From positions 2,790,001 through 2,854,000 of the forward strand of contig CATNEN010000005.1 of assembly GCA_950097015.1 (NCBI GenBank): a stretch of DNA of 64,000 bases. Direction: 5' to 3'. How positions within the stretch are numbered: position 1 is the stretch's first letter; each line of letters opens with the position of its first letter. Positions 11,941-23,420 of the stretch are shown one piece after another. A program made the position numbers and the translations under genes. The stretch comes from Macrostomum hystrix (taxonomy: Eukaryota > Animalia > Platyhelminthes). Below the pieces are notes generated by a model, which was given only the letters and a program-made list of their open reading frames with translations, did not search any database and was not told where the DNA came from.

Positions 11941-12301
11941 AGTATCAAAATCGTTCTCGTTGAATTCCGCGGTTTTCGCTGCCATCTGTCTGGCCTCTCG
12001 TCTGCCAACAGCGTTGCACACCTTCACCATAGTGGAGCTGGCACTGTTTGTGTTCGCCTTCTGGCCAGAATTTCGGCGCAAACTATTGGCTGATTGTCAA
12101 ACACCGACGCTGTCGCTTGGACTCACCTTTGTGCTCAATCTGGCTGCACAATGCGCTATGTGTTTGATCTCATTGCCGGCCGCTTGCTGTTTCTTATTAT
12201 TGAGCGGCTTCGTTATGCTCGGCTGCCCACTGCTGTTTTTGGCTATGCAGGCCCGGAAGAATAACATTCACGGACCATGGGATGAGGCCGTTATTCACTG
12301 A
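11941..12301 (+). CDS. PIGC: PIGC exon 3; joined CDS 337+169+361 = 867 nt, 288 aa
   Basis: Acceptor GCGCAG at 11940; the AT|A junction gives AIVSKSFSLNSAVFAAICLASRL; C-terminal KNNIHGPWDEA is the conserved PIGC terminus. Confidence 0.93.
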
Positions 12302-12319
12302 GTTTCACTGATTTGCAGA

Positions 12320-13185
12320 GGTTGAGATTTGAGTTGAGAGAGAGTGAGGTGGGAGTTCAGGGAGGGTGAGATTAGGATTTAGGGAGGCTGAGATTCAGGT
12401 TCAGGGAGGCTGAGATTCAGGTTGAGGGAGGGTGAGATTCAGATTGAGGGATTGTGAGATTCAGATTGAGGGAGGGTGAGATTCAGGTTGAGGGAGGGTG
12501 AGATTCAGGTTGAGGGAGGGTGAGATTCAGGTTGAGGGATGGTGAGATTCAGATTGAGGGATTGTGAGATTCAGATTGAGGGAGGGTGAGATTCAGGTTG
12601 AGGGAGGGTGAGATTCAGGTTGAGGGAGGGTGAGATTCAGGTTGAGGGATGGTGAGATTCAGATTGAGGGAGGGTGAGATTCAGGTTGAGGGAGGGTGAG
12701 ATTCAGGTTGATGGAGGGTGAGATTCAGATTGAGGGAGGGTGAGATTCAGGTTGAAGGAGGGTGAGATTCAGGTTGAGGGATGGTGAGATTCAGATTGAG
12801 GGAGGGTGAGATTCAGGTTGAGGGAGGGTGAGATTCAGATTGAGGGAGGGTGAGATTCAGGTTGAAGGAGGGTGAGGTTCAGGTTGAGGGAGGGTGAGAT
12901 TCAGGTTGACTGAGGTGAGATTCAGATTGAGGGAGGGTGAGGTTCAAATTGAGGGAGGGTGAGATTCAGATTGAGGGAGGGTGAGGTTCAGGTTGATGGA
13001 GACAGATTCAGGTGGAGGGAGGGTGAGATTCAGGTTGAGATTCAGGTTGATGGAGAGTGAGATTCAGGTTGAGGGAGGGTGAGATTCAGGTTGACTGAGG
13101 TGAGGTTCAGATTGAGGGATGGTGAGATTCAGATTGAGGGAGGGTGAGGTTCAGGTTGATGGAGACAGATTCAGGTTGAGGTTGT
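12320..13185. repeat. 22-bp G-rich minisatellite GAGATTCAGGTTGAGGGAGGGT, ~38 copies, immediately 3' of PIGC
   Basis: Tandem units read directly. Confidence 0.95.
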
Positions 13186-13654
13186 TAAATTTCATTGTTA
13201 AATGTTGAAAAACATTTTTCTCTGAGCAATAGATAACTAGTTTTTCCTTTATAGTGTTTTTTTTAATTAGCTCTTCTATGACGCATTTGTTTGGTGTGTA
13301 AATAAACTCAGATGTTTGGTATTAAAAAATGTTGTAGCTACATATTCAATCGTATATTTAAAGATTGTGTTTTGCTTATTGTTTTTTCAATTCTTATGTA
13401 ATGCTACTCGCGCCAGTAGCACATTTTGAATATAAGTAGTCTGGAAAAAAACACAATGCAACGAGTGCAATAGCTCAGCAGGCTGTGAATCATTCTGTTT
13501 TGTGTGATTACAAATATTGAGTCACTGCATGCTAACTATTTGTGGGCTCGTTTGTTTATAACAAGTAAACATATTAATTATATTTGTAAACATGTGTAAA
13601 TTTCATTATCTGTTAATGAAAACCAACCAATGCCTGTTAACACAAGCAGCCTAA

Positions 13655-13759
13655 GAGAGTCACTCCCTAACAGCACTGGAGTCACTCCCTAACAGCACTG
13701 GAGAGTCACTCCCTAACAGCACTGGAGAGTCACTCCCTAACAGCACTGGAGAGTCACTC
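13655..13759 (-). repeat. ~4 inverted copies of the 24-bp satellite that fills 14186-19910
   Basis: GAGAGTCACTCCCTAACAGCACTG is the reverse complement of the main unit. Confidence 0.93.
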
Positions 13760-13989
13760 GGTAATCCATTATTATTACTCTATTGTTGTGACACTAATTA
13801 CATGCCACCGTGACACCGACTGACAACCAGTGGCCGAGCGATAGTAATTCGATAGGACTAAATTTCGTTTACAAAAACCCAAAATCACACTTTCGCGAAA
13901 ATCAACTGACATGCAATATGACGGAAATTTGAAACTTTGTCTGAGCTGGCCAAAATTGCCTACTACTATAATCTTCTAGAATAAAACTG

Positions 13990-14185
13990 CCATCTATCTC
14001 CCACTGTAATGTCATATATCTCCCACTGTAATGTCATCTATCTCCCACTGTAATGTCATCTATCTCCCACTGTAATGTCATATATCTCCCACTGTAATGT
14101 CATCTATCTCCCACTGTAATGTCATCTATCTCCCACTGTAATGTCATCTATCTCCCACTGTAATGTCATCTATCTCCCACTGCGT
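13990..14185 (+). repeat. 22-bp repeat TCTATCTCCCACTGTAATGTCA, ~9 copies; left arm of the inverted structure around the 24-bp array
   Basis: Read directly. Confidence 0.93.
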
Positions 14186-17100
14186 TTTGTTAGGGAGTGA
14201 CTCTCCAGTGCTGTTAGGGAGTGACTCTCCAGTTCTGTTAGGGAGTGACTCTCCAGTGCTGTTAGGGAGTGACTCTCCAGTTCTGTTAGGGAGTGACTCT
14301 CTAGTTCTGTTAGGGAGTGACTCTCCAGTGCTGTTAGGGAGTGACTCTCCAGTGCTGTTAGGGAGTGACTCTCCAGTTCTGTTAGGGAGTGACTCTCTAG
14401 TTCTGTTAGGGAGTGACTCTCCAGTGCTGTTTAGGGAGTGACTCTCCAGTGCTGTTAGGGAGTGACTCTCCAGTGCTGTTAGGGAGTGACTCTCCAGTGC
14501 TGTTAGCGAGTGACTCTCCAGTGCTGTTAGGGAGTGACTCTCCAGTGCTGTTAGGGAGTGACTCTCCAGTGCTGTTAGGGAGTGACTCTCCAGTGCTGTT
14601 AGGGAGTGACTCTCCAGTGCTGTTAGGGAGTGACTCTCCAGTGCTGTTAGGGAGTGACTCTCCAGTGCTGTTTAGGGAGTGACTCTCCAGTGCTGTTAGG
14701 GAGTGACTCTCCAGTGCTGTTAGGGAGTGACTCTCCAGTGCTGTTAGCGAGTGACTCTCCAGTGCTGTTAGGGAGTGACTCTCCAGTGCTGTTAGGGAGT
14801 GACTCTCCAGTTCTGTTAGGGAGTGACTCTCCAGTGCTGTTAGGGAGTGACTCTCCAGTGCTGTTAGGGAGTGACTCTCCAGTTCTGTTAGGGAGTGACT
14901 CTCCAGTACTGTTAGGGAGTGACTCTCCAGTGCTGTTAGCGAGTGACTCTCCAGTTCTGTTAGGGAGTGACTCTCCAGTTCTGTTAGGGAGTGACTCTCC
15001 AGTGCTGTTAGGGAGTGACTCTCCAGTTCTGTTAGGGAGTGACTCTCCAGTTCTGTTAGGGAGTGACTCTCTAGTGCTGTTAGGGAGTGACTCTCTAGTT
15101 CTGTTAGGGAGTGACTCTCCAGTGCTGTTTAGGGAGTGACTCTCCAGTGCTGTTAGGGAGTGACTCTCTAGTTCTGTTAGGGAGTGACTCTCCAGTGCTG
15201 TTAGGGAGTGACTCTCCAGTTTTGTTAGGGAGTGACTCTCCAGTTCTGTTAGGGAGTGACTCTCCAGTTCTGTTAGGGAGTGACTCTCCAGTTCTGTTAG
15301 GGAGTGACTCTCCAGTTCTGTTAGGGAGTGACTCTCCAGTTCTGTTAGGGAGTGACTCTCCAGTGCTGTTAGCGAGTGACTCTCCAGTTCTGTTAGGGAG
15401 TGACTCTCCAGTGCTGTTAGGGAGTGACTCTCCAGTGCTGTTAGGGAGTGACTCTCCAGTTCTGTTAGGGAGTGACTCTCCAGTGCTGTTAGGGAGTGAC
15501 TCTCCAGTGCTGTTAGGGAGTGACTCTCTAGTTCTGTTAGGGAGTGACTCTCCAGTGCTGTTTAGGGAGTGACTCTCCAGTGCTGTTAGGGAGTGACTCT
15601 CTAGTTCTGTTAGGGAGTGACTCTCCAGTTCTGTTAGGGAGTGACTCTCCAGTTCTGTTAGGGAGTGACTCTCCAGTTCTGTTAGGGAGTGACTCTCCAG
15701 TTCTGTTAGGGAGTGACTCTCCAGTTCTGTTAGGGAGTGACTCTCCAGTTCTGTTAGGGAGTGACTCTCCAGTTCTGTTAGGGAGTGACTCTCCAGTTCT
15801 GTTAGGGAGTGACTCTCCAGTGCTGTTAGCGAGTGACTCTCCAGTTCTGTTAGGGAGTGACTCTCCAGTGCTGTTAGGGAGTGACTCTCCAGTGCTGTTA
15901 GGGAGTGACTCTCCAGTTCTGTTAGGGAGTGACTCTCCAGTGCTGTTTAGGGAGTGACTCTCCAGTGCTGTTAGGGAGTGACTCTCTAGTTCTGTTAGGG
16001 AGTGACTCTCCAGTTCTGTTAGGGAGTGACTCTCCAGTTCTGTTAGGGAGTGACTCTCCAGTTCTGTTAGGGAGTGACTCTCCAGTTCTGTTAGGGAGTG
16101 ACTCTCCAGTTCTGTTAGGGAGTGACTCTCCAGTGCTGTTAGCGAGTGACTCTCCAGTTCTGTTAGGGAGTGACTCTCCAGTGCTGTTAGGGAGTGACTC
16201 TCCAGTGCTGTTAGGGAGTGACTCTCCAGTTCTGTTAGGGAGTGACTCTCCAGTGCTGTTAGGGAGTGACTCTCCAGTGCTGTTAGGGAGTGACTCTCTA
16301 GTTCTGTTAGGGAGTGACTCTCCAGTGCTGTTTAGGGAGTGACTCTCCAGTGCTGTTAGGGAGTGACTCTCCAGTGCTGTTAGCGAGTGACTCTCCAGTT
16401 CTGTTAGGGAGTGACTCTCCAGTGCTGTTAGGGAGTGACTCTCCAGTGCTGTTAGGGAGTGACTCTCTAGTTCTGTTAGGGAGTGACTCTCCAGTTCTGT
16501 TAGGGAGTGACTCTCCAGTGCTGTTAGGGAGTGACTCTCTAGTTCTGTTAGGGAGTGACTCTCCAGTGCTGTTAGGGAGTGACTCTCCAGTGCTGTTAGG
16601 GAGTGACTCTCCAGTGCTGTTAGCGAGTGACTCTCCAGTTCTGTTAGGGAGTGACTCTCCAGTTCTGTTAGGGAGTGACTCTCCAGTGCTGTTAGGGAGT
16701 GACTCTCCAGTGCTGTTAGGGAGTGACTCTCCAGTGCTGTTAGGGAGTGACTCTCCAGTTCTGTTAGGGAGTGACTCTCCAGTGCTGTTAGGGAGTGACT
16801 CCCAGTGCTGTTAGGGAGTGACTCTCCAGTGCTGTTAGGGAGTGACTCTCCAGTGCTGTTAGGGAGTGACTCTCCAGTGCTGTTAGGGAGTGACTCTCCA
16901 GTGCTGTTAGCGAGTGACTCTCCAGTGCTGTTAGGGAGTGACTCTCCAGTGCTGTTAGGGAGTGACTCTCCAGTTCTGTTAGGGAGTGACTCTCCAGTGC
17001 TGTTAGGGAGTGACTCTCCAGTGCTGTTAGGGAGTGACTCTCCAGTGCTGTTAGGGAGTGACTCTCTAGTTCTGTTAGGGAGTGACTCTCCAGTGCTGTT

Positions 17101-19910
17101 AGGGAGTGACTCTCCAGTTTTGTTAGGGAGTGACTCTCCAGTTCTGTTAGGGAGTGACTCTCCAGTTCTGTTAGGGAGTGACTCTCCAGTTCTGTTAGGG
17201 AGTGACTCTCCAGTTCTGTTAGGGAGTGACTCTCCAGTTCTGTTAGGGAGTGACTCTCCAGTGCTGTTAGCGAGTGACTCTCCAGTTCTGTTAGGGAGTG
17301 ACTCTCCAGTGCTGTTAGGGAGTGACTCTCCAGTGCTGTTAGCGAGTGACTCTCCAGTTCTGTTAGGGAGTGACTCTCCAGTGCTGTTAGGGAGTGACTC
17401 TCCAGTGCTGTTAGGGAGTGACTCTCTAGTTCTGTTAGGGAGTGACTCTCCAGTGCTGTTTAGGGAGTGACTCTCCAGTGCTGTTAGGGAGTGACTCTCT
17501 AGTTCTGTTAGGGAGTGACTCTCCAGTTCTGTTAGGGAGTGACTCTCCAGTTCTGTTAGGGAGTGACTCTCCAGTTCTGTTAGGGAGTGACTCTCCAGTT
17601 CTGTTAGGGAGTGACTCTCCAGTTCTGTTAGGGAGTGACTCTCCAGTGCTGTTAGCGAGTGACTCTCCAGTTCTGTTAGGGAGTGACTCTCCAGTGCTGT
17701 TAGGGAGTGACTCTCCAGTGCTGTTAGGGAGTGACTCTCCAGTTCTGTTAGGGAGTGACTCTCCAGTGCTGTTAGGGAGTGACTCTCCAGTTCTGTTAGG
17801 GAGTGACTCTCCAGTTCTGTTAGGGAGTGACTCTCCAGTGCTGTTAGGGAGTGACTCTCCAGTGCTGTTAGGGAGTGACTCTCCAGTGCTGTTAGGGAGT
17901 GACTCTCCAGTTCTGTTAGGGAGTGACTCTCCAGTGCTGTTAGGGAGTGACTCTCCAGTGCTGTTAGGGAGTGACTCTCCAGTGCTGTTAGGGAGTGACT
18001 CTCCAGTGCTGTTAGGGAGTGACTCTCCAGTGCTGTTAGGGAGTGACTCTCCAGTTCTGTTAGGGAGTGACTCTCCAGTGCTGTTAGGGAGTGACTCTCC
18101 AGTGCTGTTAGGGAGTGACTCTCCAGTGCTGTTAGGGAGTGACTCTCTAGTTCTGTTAGGGAGTGACTCTCCAGTGCTGTTAGGGAGTGACTCTCCAGTT
18201 TTGTTAGGGAGTGACTCTCCAGTTCTGTTAGGGAGTGACTCTCCAGTTCTGTTAGGGAGTGACTCTCCAGTTCTGTTAGGGAGTGACTCTCCAGTTCTGT
18301 TAGGGAGTGACTCTCCAGTTCTGTTAGGGAGTGACTCTCCAGTGCTGTTAGCGAGTGACTCTCCAGTTCTGTTAGGGAGTGACTCTCCAGTGCTGTTAGG
18401 GAGTGACTCTCCAGTGCTGTTAGCGAGTGACTCTCCAGTTCTGTTAGGGAGTGACTCTCCAGTGCTGTTAGGGAGTGACTCTCCAGTGCTGTTAGGGAGT
18501 GACTCTCTAGTTCTGTTAGGGAGTGACTCTCCAGTGCTGTTTAGGGAGTGACTCTCCAGTGCTGTTAGGGAGTGACTCTCTAGTTCTGTTAGGGAGTGAC
18601 TCTCCAGTTCTGTTAGGGAGTGACTCTCCAGTTCTGTTAGGGAGTGACTCTCCAGTTCTGTTAGGGAGTGACTCTCCAGTTCTGTTAGGGAGTGACTCTC
18701 CAGTTCTGTTAGGGAGTGACTCTCCAGTGCTGTTAGCGAGTGACTCTCCAGTTCTGTTAGGGAGTGACTCTCCAGTGCTGTTAGGGAGTGACTCTCCAGT
18801 GCTGTTAGGGAGTGACTCTCCAGTTCTGTTAGGGAGTGACTCTCCAGTGCTGTTAGGGAGTGACTCTCCAGTTCTGTTAGGGAGTGACTCTCCAGTTCTG
18901 TTAGGGAGTGACTCTCCAGTGCTGTTAGGGAGTGACTCTCCAGTGCTGTTAGGGAGTGACTCTCCAGTGCTGTTAGGGAGTGACTCTCCAGTTCTGTTAG
19001 GGAGTGACTCTCCAGTGCTGTTAGGGAGTGACTCCAGTGCTGTTAGGGAGTGACTCTCCAGTGCTGTTAGGGAGTGACTCTCCAGTGCTGTTAGGGAGTG
19101 ACTCTCCAGTGCTGTTAGGGAGTGACTCTCCAGTGCTGTTAGCGAGTGACTCTCCAGTGCTGTTAGGGAGTGACTCTCCAGTGCTGTTAGGGAGTGACTC
19201 TCCAGTTCTGTTAGGGAGTGACTCTCCAGTGCTGTTAGGGAGTGACTCTCCAGTGCTGTTAGGAAGTGACTCTCCAGTGCTGTTAGGGAGTGACTCTCCA
19301 GTGCTGTTAGCGAGTGACTCTCCAGTGCTGTTAGGGAGTGACTCTCCAGTGCTGTTAGGGAGTGACTCTCCAGTTCTGTTAGGGAGTGACTCTCCAGTGC
19401 TGTTAGGGAGTGACTCTCCAGTGCTGTTAGGGAGTGACTCTCCAGTGCTGTTAGGGAGTGACTCTCCAGTGCTGTTAGGGAGTGACTCTCCAGTGCTGTT
19501 AGGGAGTGACTCTCCAGTTCTGTTAGGGAGTGACTCTCCAGTGCTGTTAGGGAGTGACTCCAGTGCTGTTAGGGAGTGACTCCAGTGCTGTTAGGGAGTG
19601 ACTCTCCAGTGCTGTTAGGGAGTGACTCTCCAGTGCTGTTAGGGAGTGACTCTCCAGTGCTGTTAGGGAGTGACTCTCCAGTGCTGTTAGGGAGTGACTC
19701 TCCAGTGCTGTTAGGGAGTGACTCCAGTGCTGTTAGGGAGTGACTCCAGTGCTGTTAGGGAGTGACTCTCCAGTGCTGTTAGGGAGCGACTCTCCAGTTC
19801 TGTTAGGGAGTGACTCTCCAGTGCTGTTAGGGAGTGACTCTCCAGTTCTGTTAGGGAGTGACTCTCCAGTGCTGTTAGGGAGTGACTCTCCAGTGCTGTT
19901 TTGGAGTGAC
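14186..19910 (+). repeat. 24-bp satellite CTGTTAGGGAGTGACTCTCCAGTG, ~240 copies, with higher-order structure
   Basis: Read directly; the LLGSDSPV ORFs are its translation. +T units recur, e.g. 1081 bp apart (ORF starts 17442 and 18523). Confidence 0.98.
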
Positions 19911-19990
19911 TCTCCCACTGCGTGGGAGATAGATGACATTACAGTGGGAGATAGGTGACATTACAGTGGGATCATCTCCCACTGTAATGT
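19911..19990 (-). repeat. Inverted copies of the 22-bp unit (right arm) plus a terminal hairpin
   Basis: GTGGGAGATAGATGACATTACA is the reverse complement of the left unit; ACATTACAGTGGGA-TCATC-TCCCACTGTAATGT at 19958-19990. Confidence 0.9.
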
Positions 19991-20569
19991 ATCTTCCTCT
20001 TGGTTTTTAATGTCTTCGTTTTATTCTTGAATTAATTTTTTCTTACCAGTTATGATTTCCTCAACTTTCTTGAACCTAGCGAATATTTGCTTGACTTTTT
20101 AGCTTCAACATTTTTTCTGCTTCTCTGCTTTTCTGCTTTTTCTCTTTTTCTGCTGACTTTTTCTGCTTAAACCCCAACGGGTTAGCACAGGTTGTCCTAC
20201 TGTAAAATACAGCTGTCCCAATAGAAATGATATTTTTTTCTGTCCATAAATGCCATACAACTATTCTCGGCTTTATATAGGCATTGTATAGTGACTTATA
20301 ACTTTTACGAACTGAAAAGTGATTAGCGAACACTATATTTCATGGAAACTAGTTTATTGCGAAGCCCAATCAGATATAGTTTAGACTCTAAAATGTTCTC
20401 ATTTAGTTTTCACATCATTGACTTATTTGACTGTCAATCATTCAATTTATTTTCACATTGATATCCTTTTTGTGTGAAAAAGAACAGGTTTCCTTCTGTT
20501 AAATTGCTGGCACTTCCTGTTTCTGGATTGTCAGTCTGTTTGCTAACCTCTACTTACATTCGTTAGTTT

Positions 20570-20800
20570 ATATAATTAACCTTCGTTAACTTTTAGTCAC
20601 CTTTGCTAAGTTCTACACACCTTCGTTAACTTATATTTACCTTCGTTAACTTCTAGCCACTTTCGCTAACTTCTAACCACCTTCGTTAATTTATATAATA
20701 AAACTTCGTTATATCTAGTCACCTTCGTTAACCTATTTTTACCTTCGTTAACTTCTAGCCACTTTCGTTAACTTCTAGTCACCTTCGTTAATTTATATAA
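20570..20800. repeat. Degenerate ~20-bp repeat CACCTTCGTTAACTTCTAGT
   Basis: CTTCGTTAA recurs about 9 times. Confidence 0.75.
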
Positions 20801-20807
20801 TTAACCT

Positions 20808-21490
20808 CATTATCTATAGATCCATATCCCTCCATTATCTATAGGTCCCTTTCCCTCATTATCCATAGATCCCTATCCCTCATTGTCCATAGATCCCTAT
20901 CCCTCATTATCCATAGATCCCTATCCCTCATTATCCATAGATCCCTATCCCTCATTGTCCATAGATCCCTATCCCTCATTATCCATAGATCCCTATCCCT
21001 CATTATCCATAGATCCCTATCCCTCATTATCTATAGATCCATATCCCTCCATTATCTATAGGTCCCTTTCCCTCATTATCCATAGATCCCTATCCCTCAT
21101 TGTCCATAGATCCCTATCCCTCATTATCCATAGATCCCTATCCCTCATTATCCATAGATCCCTATCCCTCATTGTCCATAGATCCCTATCCCTCATTATC
21201 CATAGATCCCTATCCCTCATTGTCCATAGATCCCTATCCCTCATTGTCCATAGATCCCTATCCCTCATTATCCATAGATCCCTATCCCTCCTTATCTAAA
21301 GATCCTTATCCCTCAAAGATCCCTCATTATCTATAGATCCCTGTCCCTAATTATCTATAGATCACTATCCTTCATTATCTTTATTCCCTATCCCTCATTA
21401 TCCATAGATCCCTATCCCACAATATCTATAGATCCCTATCCATCGTTATCCATTGATCCCTATCTATCATTCTCTATAGATCCCTCTATT
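20808..21490. repeat. 24-bp C-rich minisatellite ATCCATAGATCCCTATCCCTCATT, ~28 copies
   Basis: Read directly; source of the MRDRDLWI and SIDPYPSL ORFs. Confidence 0.95.
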
Positions 21491-21619
21491 TTGCTCTTTA
21501 TTCAAAGATGCCTACTCTTAATTATCCCTATTACCCTTAATAATACTTTGTCTTCATTGATCTCTTCAACCCCAGAAAAGTGGCTTTAACTAACTTTAAA
21601 AAGCCTAAAAAATTAATGG

Positions 21620-22900
21620 TCAAACAATTTTACAGCTCATAATTGGCAGCAGCTGGCCAATGGGCATTGACTTGGTCATGTCCATGCGGTCAGTATAGCT
21701 GAGATGCATAAACCTGTGCACTGTGTAGGCATACTTTGGAATGGCCTTAGTCTGGAACCTGCTGCCGACTAGTCGCTGGCAATGACGTTTCTTAAAATCA
21801 GGCAGGCCGGCAGGGTTGGCGCAGATCATGCGCAGCTGGTTGGGCACGTGTGGCGCGTCCCACAATGGCTGAAACTGATCCGGCTGTGCGAGCATGCTCT
21901 CTGTTGAGCACCAGTCCGGCTGTCTCTTAGCCGGCTTCAATGCCGCGTACTCGTTGTGAAACATCTGCAGCATGACCGGCCCAGTGACATAGACAGCGTC
22001 TTTGTGCTTTCTGGCAGTGTTTTTTGCCCATTTAGCTTCGAACCACGCTGGCCAATGGTTGAGTACGTAGCTGAGGAAGCTATGATTTGCTCTGCTCATC
22101 ATGACAGCATTAGATATCAAGCTCGGCAGGTTGAATATGAACACAGCGTGCTCAACTGGCTCCTGAGACCAGTAGGCTGTGTTGCACCTGCTGCTGTTTG
22201 TACTTTTCATTCCCGGCATCAATAGCGCAGACGGATCTCGTAACAGTTGCACGTCCGTGTCAACGTACAGTCCGCCAACGTGATGAAGCACTGCTAGACG
22301 GCCAATGTCTGATCTCTCCAAGCCATTAACAAGTTTAGCATAGCTGATGCTTAGCACCGGATAATAAGCGTTGATTAGCTCATAGATTTGAGCATCGTTC
22401 CAGTGCACGAGATGCCATCTTGTTGATTGATTATTGCCTGTCCCATTCGATAGCTTCATCCAGGACTGCACAATGGGAGTTAATTTAGACTGAATTCGAC
22501 CATCTTTACTAGTCCAGTGCACTAGCGGCGGTATGCTGAAATTTGCGAATAAGGCGGACTGCAAATGTTTGCACATCGTCTCTCGCTCGTCTGCCCGACT
22601 GGGTTGTCGCGTTGTTGACATTGTGAAGGTTGATTGCGGCCTACTCTGTTGAGTCGACGCTCTCGTGGGAGCGGACGTAGTCCAAGCCGTTGTTCTGATC
22701 TGGACTGTTGCTGCGGGTGTGGATGATGTCGATTGAGTAACTAAGATTTGATGGCTAATTAAAGGATCTTCAACGGTTGCAACAAAAAGGACCGTTCTCC
22801 TACTGCGCCAAATCACTGGCATATAGAGCAGCATTAATAGCAGGCCTATCAGTGCTATGTAGCCCCGCAAATGCCTGAGTGCAATGCCATTTGACCGCAT
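21620..22900 (-). CDS. Intronless GT32-family (Gly_transf_sug, OCH1/SUR1-like) DxD glycosyltransferase, type II membrane protein, paralog A (426 aa)
   Basis: N-terminal TM (YIALIGLLLMLLYMPVIW), Ser/Thr-rich stem, IPPLVHWT, ERSDIGRLAVLHHVGGLYVDTDV, ISNAVMMS, YVTGPVML and C-terminal HRFMHLSY. Confidence 0.88.
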   Translation of the reverse strand: MRSNGIALRHLRGYIALIGLLLMLLYMPVIWRSRRTVLFVATVEDPLISHQILVTQSTSSTPAATVQIRTTAWTTSAPTRASTQQSRPQSTFTMSTTRQPSRADERETMCKHLQSALFANFSIPPLVHWTSKDGRIQSKLTPIVQSWMKLSNGTGNNQSTRWHLVHWNDAQIYELINAYYPVLSISYAKLVNGLERSDIGRLAVLHHVGGLYVDTDVQLLRDPSALLMPGMKSTNSSRCNTAYWSQEPVEHAVFIFNLPSLISNAVMMSRANHSFLSYVLNHWPAWFEAKWAKNTARKHKDAVYVTGPVMLQMFHNEYAALKPAKRQPDWCSTESMLAQPDQFQPLWDAPHVPNQLRMICANPAGLPDFKKRHCQRLVGSRFQTKAIPKYAYTVHRFMHLSYTDRMDMTKSMPIGQLLPIMSCKIV

Positions 22901-23007
22901 TGTTCAATGTTGAACTATGTTAGACAATAAACTCGGCAGAACTGTACACTCGACAGTGATTATTTATGTCTTCTTTTCTGTGACTAAATATCAGTTTGAA
23001 ATGGCCA

Positions 23008-23063
23008 TTCATTGGCTGAAATGTTTCATTTTAGCTGGCGAATTTGTGCAATCTGATTGGCTG
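23008..23063 (-). promoter_or_regulatory. Two NF-Y-type CCAAT boxes upstream of GT32 paralog A
   Basis: Plus-strand ATTGGCTG at 23011 and 23056 read CAGCCAATGA and CAGCCAATCA on the gene strand, 110-160 nt before the ATG. Confidence 0.45.
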
Positions 23064-23212
23064 TCCCACAATACACCGAGCAGATACTATAGGCAGACAC
23101 TAGGCACTACTTATGGAAATACGCATAACTTCTGTTTCTGTTTTCTTAGATTTTGGAAATTAATAAATAGCTTGAGCTTTTAAATAGAACTATACTTAGG
23201 AATGTTTTGATT

Positions 23213-23420
23213 TAGCGCAGTGGTAAGGGTGTGTGACTTACGACTTAAAGGTCGAGGGTTCGATTCTATGTTATGTGGATGTGCCGTCAACCCAGTCCAC
23301 GGACTGAACAGCTGTATTACATGTTCAGATGTCCATGCACTTCCAATGCGCCGCGCGGCTGCGCTATCGGCTGCCCAACTGGCCTGATTGGGGCAGTTGT
23401 AATAAATTATTATTATTAAT
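23213..23420 (+). mobile_element. Internally deleted copy of the tRNA-derived SINE (head plus 3' tail, no CORE)
   Basis: A box TAGCGCAGTGG at 23213 and B box GGTTCGATTC at 23257; CCCAGTCCACGGACTGAACAGCTGTA and the downstream tail are shared with 1385-1500; (TTA)n end. Confidence 0.72.

Noticed and set aside
14163-19958. LLGSDSPV ORFs as proteins
   Set aside because: Pure translation of the 24-bp unit, broken by recurrent +1 and -2 indels, with no unique domain
20076-20333. Lys/Glu-rich 85-aa ORF
   Set aside because: Derived from a TTTTCTGC low-complexity tract, with no splice or homology support
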